64,000 bases of DNA from Eledone cirrhosa (lineage: Eukaryota): the NCBI GenBank assembly GCA_964016885.1, contig OZ024741.1, forward strand, positions 266,910,001-266,974,000, given 5' to 3'. The notes beneath the pieces were generated by a model, which did no database searches, was not told the origin of the DNA, and saw only the letters and a list, made by a program, of their open reading frames with translations. This document shows, piece after piece, positions 1 through 10,987 of this stretch. A program made the translations under genes and the position numbers. Position 1 is the first letter of the stretch, and every line of letters starts with the position of its first letter.

Positions 1-1125
1 ATTCCAGATACAAGTAGGAGTACATTAAGGTTCGGTCCTCAGCCCGCTCTTGTTCATTATAGTCCTCCAAGCCATAACAGAGGAGTTTAAGACTGACTGT
101 CCATGGGAACTTCTCTATGCTGACGATTTGGTTCTTATAGCAGAATCAGTAGAGGAGTTACAGAATAAATTCTGGCTATGGAAACAGCAATTGGAAGCAA
201 GAGGACTGAGAGTGAACCGAGCTAAGACAAAAGTGTTGATGAGTAGAAAAGAGGACAAAACTCTGATTCCGTCAGGGAAATGGCCATGTTCGATATGCAG
301 AAAAGGAACTGGCATAAATTCTATAGAATGCACACAATGCAGATCCTGGGTACACAAGAGATGTAGCGGGATAGCAGGCAAACTAACAGGTAGGGAGAAA
401 TATGTATGCAGTAGATGTACAGGGAAATTAGACAGTAGAAGTCGCATTGATAGATACATTTTTCAAATGCAGGCGGGTGCTATAGAAGTGGTGGATAGCT
501 TCCGGTACCTAGGAGATCAGATTAGCATGGGAGGGGGGGGGGGGGTCCGAGGCTATAGTATCTAGAATAAGGATGGGTTGGAAGAAGTTTAAGGTGCTGC
601 TTCCTCTGCTGACAAAGAAGGGTTTCTCCCTGCGTACGAAAGGCCGGTTATATGATGCCTGTGTGAGGAGCGCGATACTGTATGGTAGTGAGACATGGGC
701 AGCAACTGCAGAGGATATGCAACGGCTGGAGAGAAATGAGGCAAGCATGCTCCGTTGGATGTGCAATGTAAATGTGCGTGAACGACCCAGCATGAATGTA
801 TTGAGAGAGAAACTGTGTCTGAGACGGATAGAATGTAGTGTACGGGAGAGGAGACTGAGGTGGTATGGACATGTGATGCGCATGGAGGATGACCGATGGG
901 TGAAGAAGTGCCAGGAAATGCCAGTTGAAGGAAGACATGGTAGAGGTAGACCACGAAAAACATGGGCGGAGGTGGTGAGAACAGACCTCAGATCATTGAA
1001 GCTCATGGTGGAGATGACGAAGGACCGTGACAAGTGGAGAGATGCTGTGCTGAATAAGACCCGTCTCACCCTTGCAAGCAGGGAAGAGCGGACGTAAAAT
1101 GATTATGATTATGATGATGATGATA
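1..1125 (+). mobile_element. RTE-clade LINE, subfamily A, 3' part (runs off the window start), frameshifted at a poly-G run
   Basis: ORFs 50..565 (YADD, PHD-like CSIC..CTQC..WVH..C..CSRC, FRYLG) and 573..1097. Nearly colinear with 30745-31850. (GAT)n tail at ~1098-1125. Confidence 0.95.
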
Positions 1126-1223
1126 TTTATATATATATGTAAAAGGTAAACAAATAACAACACAATCGGTACAGTATATGGGAGGAATATATTAGGTTAA
1201 CGCTTGATATAGCAGGAATAGGG

Positions 1224-1259
1224 TCTTAACGTTTCAGACACTAGTCCTTCATCAGAAGA
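1224..1259 (-). ncRNA. Minimal type I hammerhead ribozyme (Penelope-type relic)
   Basis: Minus strand reads UCUU-CUGAUGA-AGGACUAGUGUCU-GAA-ACGU-U-AAGA: stem I UCUU/AAGA, canonical core, short stem II, palindromic stem III ACGU. Confidence 0.7.
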
Positions 1260-1587
1260 AAGAATGAGAAATAAGATAGATTGAGGGGACGGGCGGGATG
1301 GAATTGGAAAAAATGTCTCTAGATAAAAATAACAGGTCGATTCATGTTGACATCTCTTGCAAAATTGTTAGTGGTGGCGTTTTGTGTAAGATTTGTTTTT
1401 TAGAAATATACACACACTGTAGTATAAGTTTGGTAGAAATATCCAAGGGTAAGAGCACTCACTGCTTAGGACGAGCTAAGTATAATTAATTACTTAAGTT
1501 CTGGTATATGTCACTGTTGTAATTAATTATATGTATATATATAATGTATTTTATTATTTCTGTTTCCCTTTTGCATATGTGTGTGTG

Positions 1588-1644
<57 letters not shown>

Positions 1645-1849
1645 AAGTGCTTTTGACAAATGTAAGAATGAGTACTCAACACTGAAGTAGAGTTTAACGA
1701 TATTCTTTATTATGGCTAAGTGATGAGTTTCATCTGTCTACTCACAGGATCATCACACAATACAGTTTGATGATCTTGTGAGTTCAACAGGGAAAACTCC
1801 AGAGTAACAAAACTCATCACTTAGCAATGATAAAAATATTAGAATAGGT

Positions 1850-2297
1850 TAGAATGTTTCAGGAAAGAATTGCTGAACAAAACCAACTGGCAGGAGACCC
1901 CGCTGTACACCCCTAAGCAAGATGGTTGGATAACATCCATGAGCTTCGCTGGTCACGCTTGGTTATCCAGCCAGATCAGTTGGAGACGGTTGCTTCTGAC
2001 AGGACCCGCTGGAAGGAGTATTTGAGGACTCCACCCCCACAACCCTCTCAGGAATAAGTGGGTGAAGAAGAAGATATAAAGTATTCTCTCCAATTTGTGA
2101 AGAGCACCACTCTGAAGAAAGAACCCCAGATGAATTGATGATAGCAGGCATGGCGGGAGACTTCTTATTACATCCATGAGCTCAGTTGGTCTCATTTAAG
2201 GAACCTACCAGATCATTTAGAGATGGTTGCTTCTGATAGGACCCTCTAGAAGGAATGTTTGAGGACAGCCCTCTCAGGAATAAGTGGGCAAAGAAGA
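1850..2297 (+). mobile_element. Two tandem 3' ends of a Rex3/Expander-like RTE LINE
   Basis: Reads ARWLDNIHELRWSRLVIQPDQLETVASDRTRWKEYLR..PQPSQE*. The block acatccatgagc...accctctcaggaataagtggg + (GAA)n recurs at ~1932-2072 and ~2170-2297. Confidence 0.6.
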
Positions 2298-2400
2298 TAT
2301 ATACACACTCACACACACACATTTATTAAACCGGCTCTCATACTTTTGAATCCTAGCTTTTGTTTATTGCTTAACTTTACTTTTATCTTCCCTCCAACAG

Positions 2401-2547
2401 AGAAATTCATTGGCGAGTGAGATTTTTGTCAAACATCTTGGCTCAGCTGCTTCTGAGCCAGTGAATGTTGACAGCCTAGCTCGACAAACAGCTGAGCAGC
2501 TCTTAGATAACCCAACCTCAACCATGTTTGATGCAGCTCAGAGGCAG
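2401..2547 (+). CDS. RGS12: RGS12/loco-like exon (RGS domain)
   Basis: Polypyrimidine-CAG acceptor and GTAAGA donor, phase 0/0. Peptide RNSLASEIFVKHLGSAASEPVNVDS...MFDAAQRQ matches RGS helices. Confidence 0.9.
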
Positions 2548-2966
2548 GTAAGACAGTCACAGCTACCCACAAGTCTATTAGTATTTTACACCTTACTATT
2601 ACAAATTTTTCAACAAATTTATATCTACCATCACAACTTTATGTAAGAAAATGTTGTTAAGTAATGTTTTTAAAATCAACTTTATATTTAGAAAGTTGAG
2701 CTATAGAACTAAAATCCTCCAAATTCTTGATCACTTTTAAAATTAATTTAAACCAGCTGTAGCCGACCAGAACTCTCTCACCTCTTTCTGTTCAAACCGG
2801 CTGTAACTGGCTGCTCATTCCTACATTAAGTTATTGTTCTCAAAATCTCATAGATTCGATATTATGTGAGATAATTACGTGATATAAAGTGTTTCATTAG
2901 AAATATAGTAAGGAATAGTTTAATAATAATAATATTATTGCTGATTTATTTCTATTTTTCTCTCAG

Positions 2967-3137
2967 ATCTTCCAACTGATGAAGCAGGACAGTTATGCAA
3001 GGTTCCTTAAGTCAGAACTCTACAAGACACATCTAATGGCGGAAATGGAGAGTAAATTACCAACTACACGAACTGCGGTATTTACTGCAGTTGCAATGAT
3101 GCACTCTAAAACAGGCAAGGATGCAAATAAAAAGAAA
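2967..3137 (+). CDS. RGS12: RGS12/loco-like exon (end of RGS domain)
   Basis: tctcag acceptor, GTAAGT donor. IFQLMKQDSYARFLKSELY is the RGS C-terminal signature. Confidence 0.92.
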
Positions 3138-4019
3138 GTAAGTTTGATGTGTTTTGTGTTATTTTTATTTAATTGATTGAATCAACAGACAGAGGCCATG
3201 TTGTTCTGTCGAGATTTCTTCACTTGATCTGCATGCACCACATGAAGCCACATTAACAAGACAACACTATAACTAAATCACATTAAAAATTAATGCTTTT
3301 ACTCCAATATTGCAAATTTCCACAATGATCTATTTATCATCATCATCTTATTGTCCGCTTTCTCTGCTAACAAGGGTCGGATGGGTATACATAGATCTAA
3401 TCAGCATGGAAGTGGAGCCACAGATCTCTCAGGCAGGCCAGGGATCTGTGTTTCACTTTATGTACAGTCAACCCTCCACTGTGTGCACAGGATAGGTTGT
3501 CATGTCTTTGACACAACTGAGGGTCCTCTCAACCCTTTTGTTTGACAAGATTTCTACAGTTGGGTGCCCTTCCTATCACCAACCACTTTACAGAGTGTAC
3601 TGGGTACGTTTAATACTATAAACATTTGAATTAACAAACTACATTAGTAAGACATTCTTGAAAAGTACAAAACAGCACTATATATAACTACATCACATTA
3701 AATATGAAATCTTTTACTTTAATACTGTAGATTTCTACAAAGATAATATAAACATTTGAATTAACAAACCTGTTTTAGATATGTTCTGCTAAATCAATAC
3801 TGTATTGAGTGACTTGTCTTTCTATTAATTCTCATTTTTACCGTGGTTGTATCCTCTTGTATGAAGAGTTTCTACTGCAGAAGTTTCTCTCCTCAAACAT
3901 CTGTCTCATGGAACTTTCTTCTTGTTTCCTTCACATCTTCTGGTGATTCTTTTCTGATTTCAAAGACATTTGTTTTGTTTTTTATATCTTTTCTTCTGTA
4001 ACTCCTAACAGATGATATT

Positions 4020-5835
4020 GTTACTTTGGAGCCTGCTGTATTGTTACTTTGGTGCCTGCTGTATTGGTGGTTACTTGGGGCCTGCTGTATTGTTACTTTG
4101 GTGCCTGCTGTATTGGTGGTTACTTGGGGCCTGCTGTATTGGTGGTTACTTGGGGCCTGCTGTATTGTTACTTTGGTGCCTGCTGTATTGGTGGTTACTT
4201 GGGGCCTGCTGTATTGGTGGTTACTTGGGGTCTGTTGTATTGGTGGTTACTTGGGGTCTGTTGTATTGGTGGTTACTTGGGGTCTGTTGTATTGTTAGTT
4301 ACTTGGGGTCTGTTGTATTGTTAGTTACTTGGGGGGCCTGCTGTATTGTTAGTTACTTTGCAGTCTGTTGTATTGGTGGTTACTTGGGGTCTGTTGTATT
4401 GGTGGTTACTTGGGGTCTGTTGTATTGTTAGTTACTTGGGTGGCCTGCTGTATTGTTAGTTACTTTGCGGTCTGTTGTATTGGTGGTTACTTGGGGTCTG
4501 TTGTATTGTTAGTTACTTGGGGGGCCTGCTGTATTGTTAGTTACTTTGCGGTCTGTTGTATTGTTAGTTACTTTGCGGTCTGTTGTATTGGTGGTTACTT
4601 GGGGTCTGTTGTATTGTTAGTTACTTGGGGGGCCTGCTGTATTGTTAGTTACTTTGCGGTCTGTTGTATTGGTGGTTACTTGGAGTCTGTTGTATTGTTA
4701 GTTACTTGGGGGGCCTGCTGTATTGTTAGTTACTTTGCGGTCTGTTGTATTGGTGGTTACTTGGGGTCTGTTGTATTGTTAGTTACTTGGGGGGCCTGCT
4801 GTATTGTTAGTTACTTTGCGGTCTGTTGTATTGGTGGTTACTTGGGGTCTGTTGTATTGTTAGTTACTTGGGGGGCCTGCTGTATTGTTAGTTACTTTGG
4901 GGTCTGTTGTATTGGTGGTTACTTGGGGTCTGTTGTATTGGTGGTTACTTGGGGTCTGTTGTATTGTTAGTTACTTTGCGGTCTGTTGTATTGGTGGTTA
5001 CTTGGGGTCTGTTGTATTGGTGGTTACTTGGGGTCTGTTGTATTGGTGGTTACTTGGGGTCTGTTGTATTGGTGGTTACTTGGAGTCTGTTGTATTGGTG
5101 GTTACTTGGGGTCTGTTGTATTGTTAGTTACTTTGCGGTCTGTTGTATTGGTGGTTACTTGGGGTCTGTTGTATTGGTGGTTACTTGGAGTCTGTTGTAT
5201 TGGTGGTTACTTGGGGTCTGTTGTATTGGTGGTTACTTGGGGTCTGTTGTATTGGTGGTTACTTGGAGTCTGTTGTATTGGTGGTTACTTGGGGTCTGTT
5301 GTATTGGTGGTTACTTGGAGTCTGTTGTATTGGTGGTTACTTGGGGTCTGTTGTATTGGTGGTTACTTGGGGTCTGTTGTATTGGTGGTTACTTGGGGTC
5401 TGTTGTATTGTTAGTTACTTGGGGGGCCTGCTGTATTGTTAGTTACTTTGCGGTCTGTTGTATTGGTGGTTACTTGGGGTCTGTTGTATTGGTGGTTACT
5501 TGGGGGGCCTGCTGTATTGTTAGTTACTTTGCGGTCTGTTGTATTGGTGGTTACTTGGGGTCTGTTGTATTGGTGGTTACTTGGGGTCTGTTGTATTGTT
5601 AGTTACTTGGGGGGGCCTGCTGTATTGTTAGTTACTTTGCAGTCTGTTGTATTGGTGGTTACTTGGGGTCTGTTGTATTGTTAGTTACTTGGGGGGCCTG
5701 CTGTATTGTTAGTTACTTTGCGGTCTGTTGTATTGGTGGTTACTTGGGGTCTGCTGTATTGGTGGTTACTTGGGGGGGCCAGCTGTATTGTTACTTTGAG
5801 GTCTGTTGTATTGGTGGCTATTTGGGGCCTGCAGT
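4020..5835. repeat. ~26-bp minisatellite (TGTATTGGTGGTTACTTGGGGTCTGT and variants)
   Basis: Tandem repetition over ~1.8 kb. It produces the spurious Trp/Cys/Leu-rich ORFs. Confidence 0.97.
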
Positions 5836-6868
5836 ATTGCCCCAAATGCAAACAATGGGTACACAAGAAATGTAACGGGATCTCAGGAAGCTTAACTAAG
5901 AATGTGGGCTTCACATGCAGCAGCTGTGCTGAGACAACAAGCAGCAAACAGCCACAGAAAACAAGTACCACCAAACTCTGGGAGGGCTCTGTAGAAACAG
6001 TAGACAGCTTCTGCTACCTAGGTGACCGAATTAGCCGCGGAGGTGGGTGTTTAGAAAGTACAATAACTAGGGTAAGAATGGGATGGAAGAAGTTCAGGGA
6101 GCTACTGTCACTGCTAGCTGCAAAAGGCTTCTCCCTCAAAATGAAAGGCAGACTGTATGATGCGTGTATCCGAACAGCAATGTTACATGGTAGTGAGACC
6201 TGGGCGCTGTCTGTGGAAGACTTGCGTAGATTAGAAAGAAACGAAGCCTGCATGCTCCGATGGATGTGTAATAGTAATATATGCAAACAGCAAAGCATAA
6301 ATGAATTGAGAGAGAGACTGAGCATAAGAGGAATCAAATGCTGTGTGCAGTATGGATATGTGGTGTGTATGAAGGATGACAGCTGCATAAAAAGTTGCAG
6401 AGCACTAGAAGTCAATGGAAACCGTAGAGTGGGGAGACCCAAGAAGACCTGGGATGAGGTGATAAAAGCCGACCTTACCTCTCAAAGGCGATGACACATG
6501 ACCGTGACCTCTGGCGTCACGCAGTAATACAGAAGATCCGACCTCCCAAGGGTGTAAGCCGAAGCTGAAGCATTTAGACAATATGCCCCGACACCCTCCC
6601 ACTGCAAAGTGGTTGTGGAGGTGCCACGGCAAAAAAGCACCCAGCCCACACTGTAAAGTGGACATGTAGGTGCCACGGAAAAAAACACCCAGCATGCACT
6701 GTAAATGAGGTTGGTGTTAGGAAGGGCATCCAGCTGTAGAAATCAAGCCAGAATCAGTTCCCGTATGAGCCAGACAAAGTCAGCCGACTGGACACTGCCC
6801 ACAACAGGACAGCCCATCTAACCCATGCTAGCGTGGAAGAACGGACATAAAACGGTGATGATGATGAT
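5836..6868 (+). mobile_element. 5'-truncated RTE LINE, subfamily B, with long 3' UTR
   Basis: CPKCKQWVHKKC..SFCYLG..MLHGSETW..GRPKKTW. Colinear with 32398-33440. (GAT)n tail. Confidence 0.92.
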
Positions 6869-6885
6869 ATGTATATATATATATA

Positions 6886-8034
6886 CAGGGTGCGGACGAT
6901 ATTTGTTCGCAAGATTACTGTTTAGGAAAAAATAACACAGTAGTTTTATTTTTTAAGATATATTTATCAAACTTGGGTCAGTTTGTCTTCATGACTTGTT
7001 CTTTCGATGTCACTCGATAAACCCGCCATTGGCTTTGATGACGGCCTCAAGGCGGCCTTGGAACCAGCTACAGGCCTTCGTCACCGTCCCCCGACTTAGG
7101 CTCCTAAAGGCACTTGTGATCCTGGCCTTCAGATCGTCTTTCGTATTGCAGCTAGATCTGTTGGTGTCTCATTCCACTGCGCCTCACACAAAGAAGTCGA
7201 GGGGGTTGCAGTCAGGCGAGCTGGGAGGTGAAGTGTGGTCGACGAAGTTCTCTGACAGCCAGGCTTGGGTCTTTCGGCTGGTATGGCAGGCCGCTGAGTC
7301 TTGCTGCCACACGTACGGCCTACCTGCAGCTACCTGCTCAATCCAGGGCTTTACTACCTCGCTCAGAACGCGGATGTAGCCATCGGTGTTCAGCTTGAGG
7401 CCCTCAGGGAAGAAGTGAGGTGGCATGACGTCACTGCTGACGACACCTAAGACCAATATTGTCGCTGAAAACTTTGTCTGCATGACTCTGGGCATGTCTT
7501 TGGATGAGACAGCGAGCCACCTGTTGTTCTGGGAGTTGATCTTCTGATCTTGGAGAAAAACCACAGCATGTCTGGCTCCAGTGGGTGTTTCAACTTGTTG
7601 ATCAGCTTCTTTGCATGCTTCAGTCGTTTTTCTTGCATCGCCTTTGACAGAAATTGTCCTTTCCTCATCTTGTAGGAAACGTAGCGAATGTCTTCATGTA
7701 CCACCATCATCGATCATGTGTTTTCCTCTCTGATGTTGCTTCGTAGTCGAATTCTGAATCTTCCAATTCCTTTCTGACCTTTTCCACCATTCTGCTGCTG
7801 ACGCCGAGAAAGTCTGAAATTTCCTTATTTGTCCTCCCGGCACGGATTCCAAAAAGAACTCCGTGTCTCTTCCACAAATTTGTGGGTTCAAAATTATTCA
7901 TAATCAATTATTCTGAAAATAAATAATGGAAATATAGTCACTGTTTTTATGAAGACAAGAGTGACAATGGAAGTAAAAAAAATTTGCATAAAATTAGCAG
8001 TTGAAAATTGCGAACAAATATCGTCCACACCCTG
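6886..8034 (-). mobile_element. Tc1/mariner DNA transposon (maT/DD37D-like), decayed transposase
   Basis: 27-bp TIRs cagggtgcggacgatatttgttcgcaa / ttgcgaacaaatatcgtccacaccctg flanked by TA. Frameshifted ORFs carry WQQDSAACH and PPSSPDCNPLDFFV. Confidence 0.92.
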
Positions 8035-8041
8035 TATATAT

Positions 8042-8560
8042 ATAAATGTAATCTGAGTTTTTCGCATATTAATAATAACATTCGCTTCGTTTGCAATTAT
8101 GCAAACAAGCCTCATTTTTAAAGCCATGTCAGTAGAATGAACACTTCATTCTTGCTCTTATGTTGGCATGTGAACAGAACTGCAGACACTAATGTTTCTG
8201 GGTATTACCCTTCATCAGTACAGCTCACTGTTCATCTGCCAACTGTCAGAGCTAGTGAAAATATATGCTATTTTCTAAAATATACAGTGACTGATCGACC
8301 TGATTTGCATATTAGCAGACTGGCTGATCAGTCAGATCTGCATATTAGCAGATCTACTGATCAGCCAGATTTGCATATCAGCAGACAGGCCAGTCAGTTT
8401 CCTGTATACAAGCGATAAATGACTGGCTTTGCCATATTCAAATAAAAAAAATATATTTTCGCTCTACATGGCTGAATACCATAAATGTAATCTGAGTTTT
8501 TCGAATATTAATAATAACATTCGATTTGTTTGCAATTATGCAAACAAGCCTCAATTTTTT
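8042..8560. repeat. Unit bounded by ~78-bp direct repeats, with internal 33-bp repeats
   Basis: taaatgtaatctgagtttttcg...caagcctca occurs at ~8042-8120 and ~8482-8560. Three copies of gat(t/c)tgcatat(t/c)agcaga lie at ~8290-8390. Confidence 0.75.
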
Positions 8561-8684
8561 TAATATATATATTAGTTACTATGTATGGTGATGTTGGTGG
8601 TGGGCATAAAATGGTAACAGGCTCGTCCCTTAACATCACAACCCTCTCATAAAAATATGCTAATTGTCTTTTTATTTATTTCAG

Positions 8685-8742
8685 CCTTCCAAAGGCAAGG
8701 AGGAAGAGAAGAGGCGCTGGTCTTTGTTACCATGGAAACAAA
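8685..8742 (+). CDS. RGS12: RGS12/loco-like small exon
   Basis: tttcag acceptor, GTTAGT donor, phase 0/1. PSKGKEEEKRRWSLLPWKQ. Phases fit both neighbouring exons. Confidence 0.8.
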
Positions 8743-8789
8743 GTTAGTAGTTGTTATTGACTATTATAATTCTTTGTATTGTATATTTG

Positions 8790-8990
8790 AAGGTGTGTAG
8801 CTAATTGGTTAGAGTGCTGGGCTGATGATCATAAGGTTGTGGGTTCAATTTCCAGACTAGGCAGCAGGTTGTGTTCTTGAACAAGACACTTCATTTCATG
8901 TTGTTCCAGTTAACTCAGCTGGGAAAAACTGAGTACCACCAGCAGTAGCTGGGGGTTAGCCATGCAATGGGCTAGTCCCTGGTTTACCTC
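8790..8990 (+). mobile_element. Old tRNA-derived SINE
   Basis: Degenerate A/B boxes (ggttcaattc) and ttgaacaagacacttcatttca core shared with the SINE at 41196. Confidence 0.7.
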
Positions 8991-9329
8991 AGGATCTTGT
9001 ATTTTGTTATCATCATCATTTAACATCTGTTTTTCCTGCTGGCAAGGGTTGGACAGGTTTTCATATACTGAGTCAGTTCTGAAGCAGGGCTACTGATCTC
9101 TCAGACAGGCTAAGGCTCACATCTTGCTTAAATATGCTCCCATTCTCTACTAAGTGCATCTTATCTTGACACTAGCACTAGGGAAGTTGTCATATCTTTG
9201 ACACAACTGAAGAGTCCTCCCGACCCTTTGTTTGGCAGGTTTTCTATGGCTGGATGCTCTTCCTATCACCAACCACTTTAGAGTGTGTATTGAGTGTATT
9301 TATTGTGTAAATCACTAATACTAGGGTGA

Positions 9330-9780
9330 TCTACAAGGTAAATTCACCCATGCTTGGAATTTTGCCACTAACCCTCTCACACATTTAAAGACTAGGTCAT
9401 CAGCATACAGGAGTTCCCATGGAATACCAGTTTTAAACTCCTCAGTGATGGTCTGAAGGACAATGATAAACAGAAGTGGATTGAGGATTGAGCTGTGGTG
9501 AACTCCCACTTTCACTTCATATTCATCTCTGTACTCATTGCCAACTCTTCTCTAGCTCGTTGCACTTTTATACATGGCCTGCATGGCTTTCACAAGCCAT
9601 TCATCTACACCAGATTACATAGCAAGGCACCCTTCTAATTAGTTGTGTTATAACCCTTTTAGTAATTTTCATGAGCTGGTCCATCAACTTGATGCTTCAG
9701 TAATTACCTCTCTAATGCATCTCCTTTGCCCTTGTAGCAATTTAGAATGATAATGCAGCGCCAGTCATTCCCTTCCGTCT
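9330..9780 (-). mobile_element. Old RTE RT fragment
   Basis: VGVHHSSILNPLLFIIVLQ..PWELLYADDL on the minus strand. Confidence 0.85.
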
Positions 9781-10579
9781 CTCTTTGGAAAACCATTCTT
9801 GACATGCACATAGACATACACAGATAAATCTATGTGTGTGTCTTGTAACTTAGTGGTTCAACAAAAAGAGAGCTCAAATACATTAGCATGTATGTATGTA
9901 TATATATATGTATGTGTTTCTATGTATTTATGTATGTACTCATAACTCCTGTTGGAGTTGTAATTCTTGGACATTTAAAACCTGGTGGAGCCCTTCTATG
10001 TCTGAACATAGCCAATTTCTTCCAAAGAAAGTGATTTAGAAGAAGTGAGAAAAATATCTAGAGAAAGAATCTACTCCATTACTAAACTGGTACATTTTTT
10101 TTTTATTAACCTTCAAAAGATGAAAAGCAAAGTTGACTTCAGTGGGATTTGAACTCAGAGCACAGAAAGTCAGAATGAATACTGCAAAGCATTCTCACAG
10201 ATTTCTGATAAATCTGCTAATTCACTGCCTAAAAATAAAGTTCTGGTGGCGATATGATTGACTAAATGGCCACAGTCTAATGACTGAAGTCAGTAAAAGA
10301 ATATATTAAAATATGAATCTCTGTCCATTTTCTATCTCTATTTTACACAATTTTTTCAAATATTTATAAATGATTGACTGTCTGAGTTCAAATCCTGCCA
10401 TGGTTAGCTTAGCCTTCATCCTTATGGGGTCGATAAAATAAAGCACCATTAATGCACTGGGGTCAATTTAATCAATTTTTCCCTCCCCAAAAATTGCTGG
10501 CCTTATGCCTATAGTAGAAATCATTATTATTATCAATGCCATTTAATTTGGAATAACTACATATAACTTCTTTTTCCAG

Positions 10580-10704
10580 AAACTTCCAAACCAAATGAGA
10601 TGCAAAAGTTTCGTAAATTTTCCAAGGATGAATCCAAGAAGAAGCCATCTTTGGCTACGATGGATCTCAGTCTAATGAGGAAGGAAGTTGTACAAGGTCG
10701 CGAG
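10580..10704 (+). CDS. RGS12: RGS12/loco-like exon (linker)
   Basis: ttccag acceptor, GTCAGT donor, phase 1/0. Open frame TSKPNEMQKFRKFSKDESKKKPSLATMDLSLMRKEVVQGRE. Confidence 0.8.
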
Positions 10705-10758
10705 GTCAGTTATACTTACTTTCATCATATGTTAGCGTTTATTTTATAATTTTTCTTT

Positions 10759-10987
10759 TTAATCCTTTAGCATTTACATTACTCTATATTTACTAGCTTA
10801 TTTTCATGGTAAAGGCTTTACTTCACATAATTATTTCACATAGTATCGAATCTATGAGATTTTGATATTATTTATGTTGAGAACAATACCTTAACATCAG
10901 TATGAGTGGCCGGTTACAGCTGGTTTCAACAGAACGAGGTGAGAAAATTCTGGCCAGATACGGTCAGTTTAAATGCTAAAGGGTTAA
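10759..10987. mobile_element. piggyBac-like MITE
   Basis: TTAA-flanked TIRs (t/c)cctttagcattt / aaatgctaaaggg. Homologous copies at 25649 and 25999, partial inverse copy at ~2740-2900. Confidence 0.75.

Noticed and set aside
531-545. Programmed frameshift between ORFs 50..565 and 573..1097
   Set aside because: A poly-G expansion relative to the intact copy (GGAGGAGGGTGT at ~31273). This is mutation or homopolymer error, not recoding.
4012-5875. Multiple Trp/Cys/Leu-rich, membrane-protein-like ORFs
   Set aside because: They are translations of the 26-bp minisatellite in all three frames.
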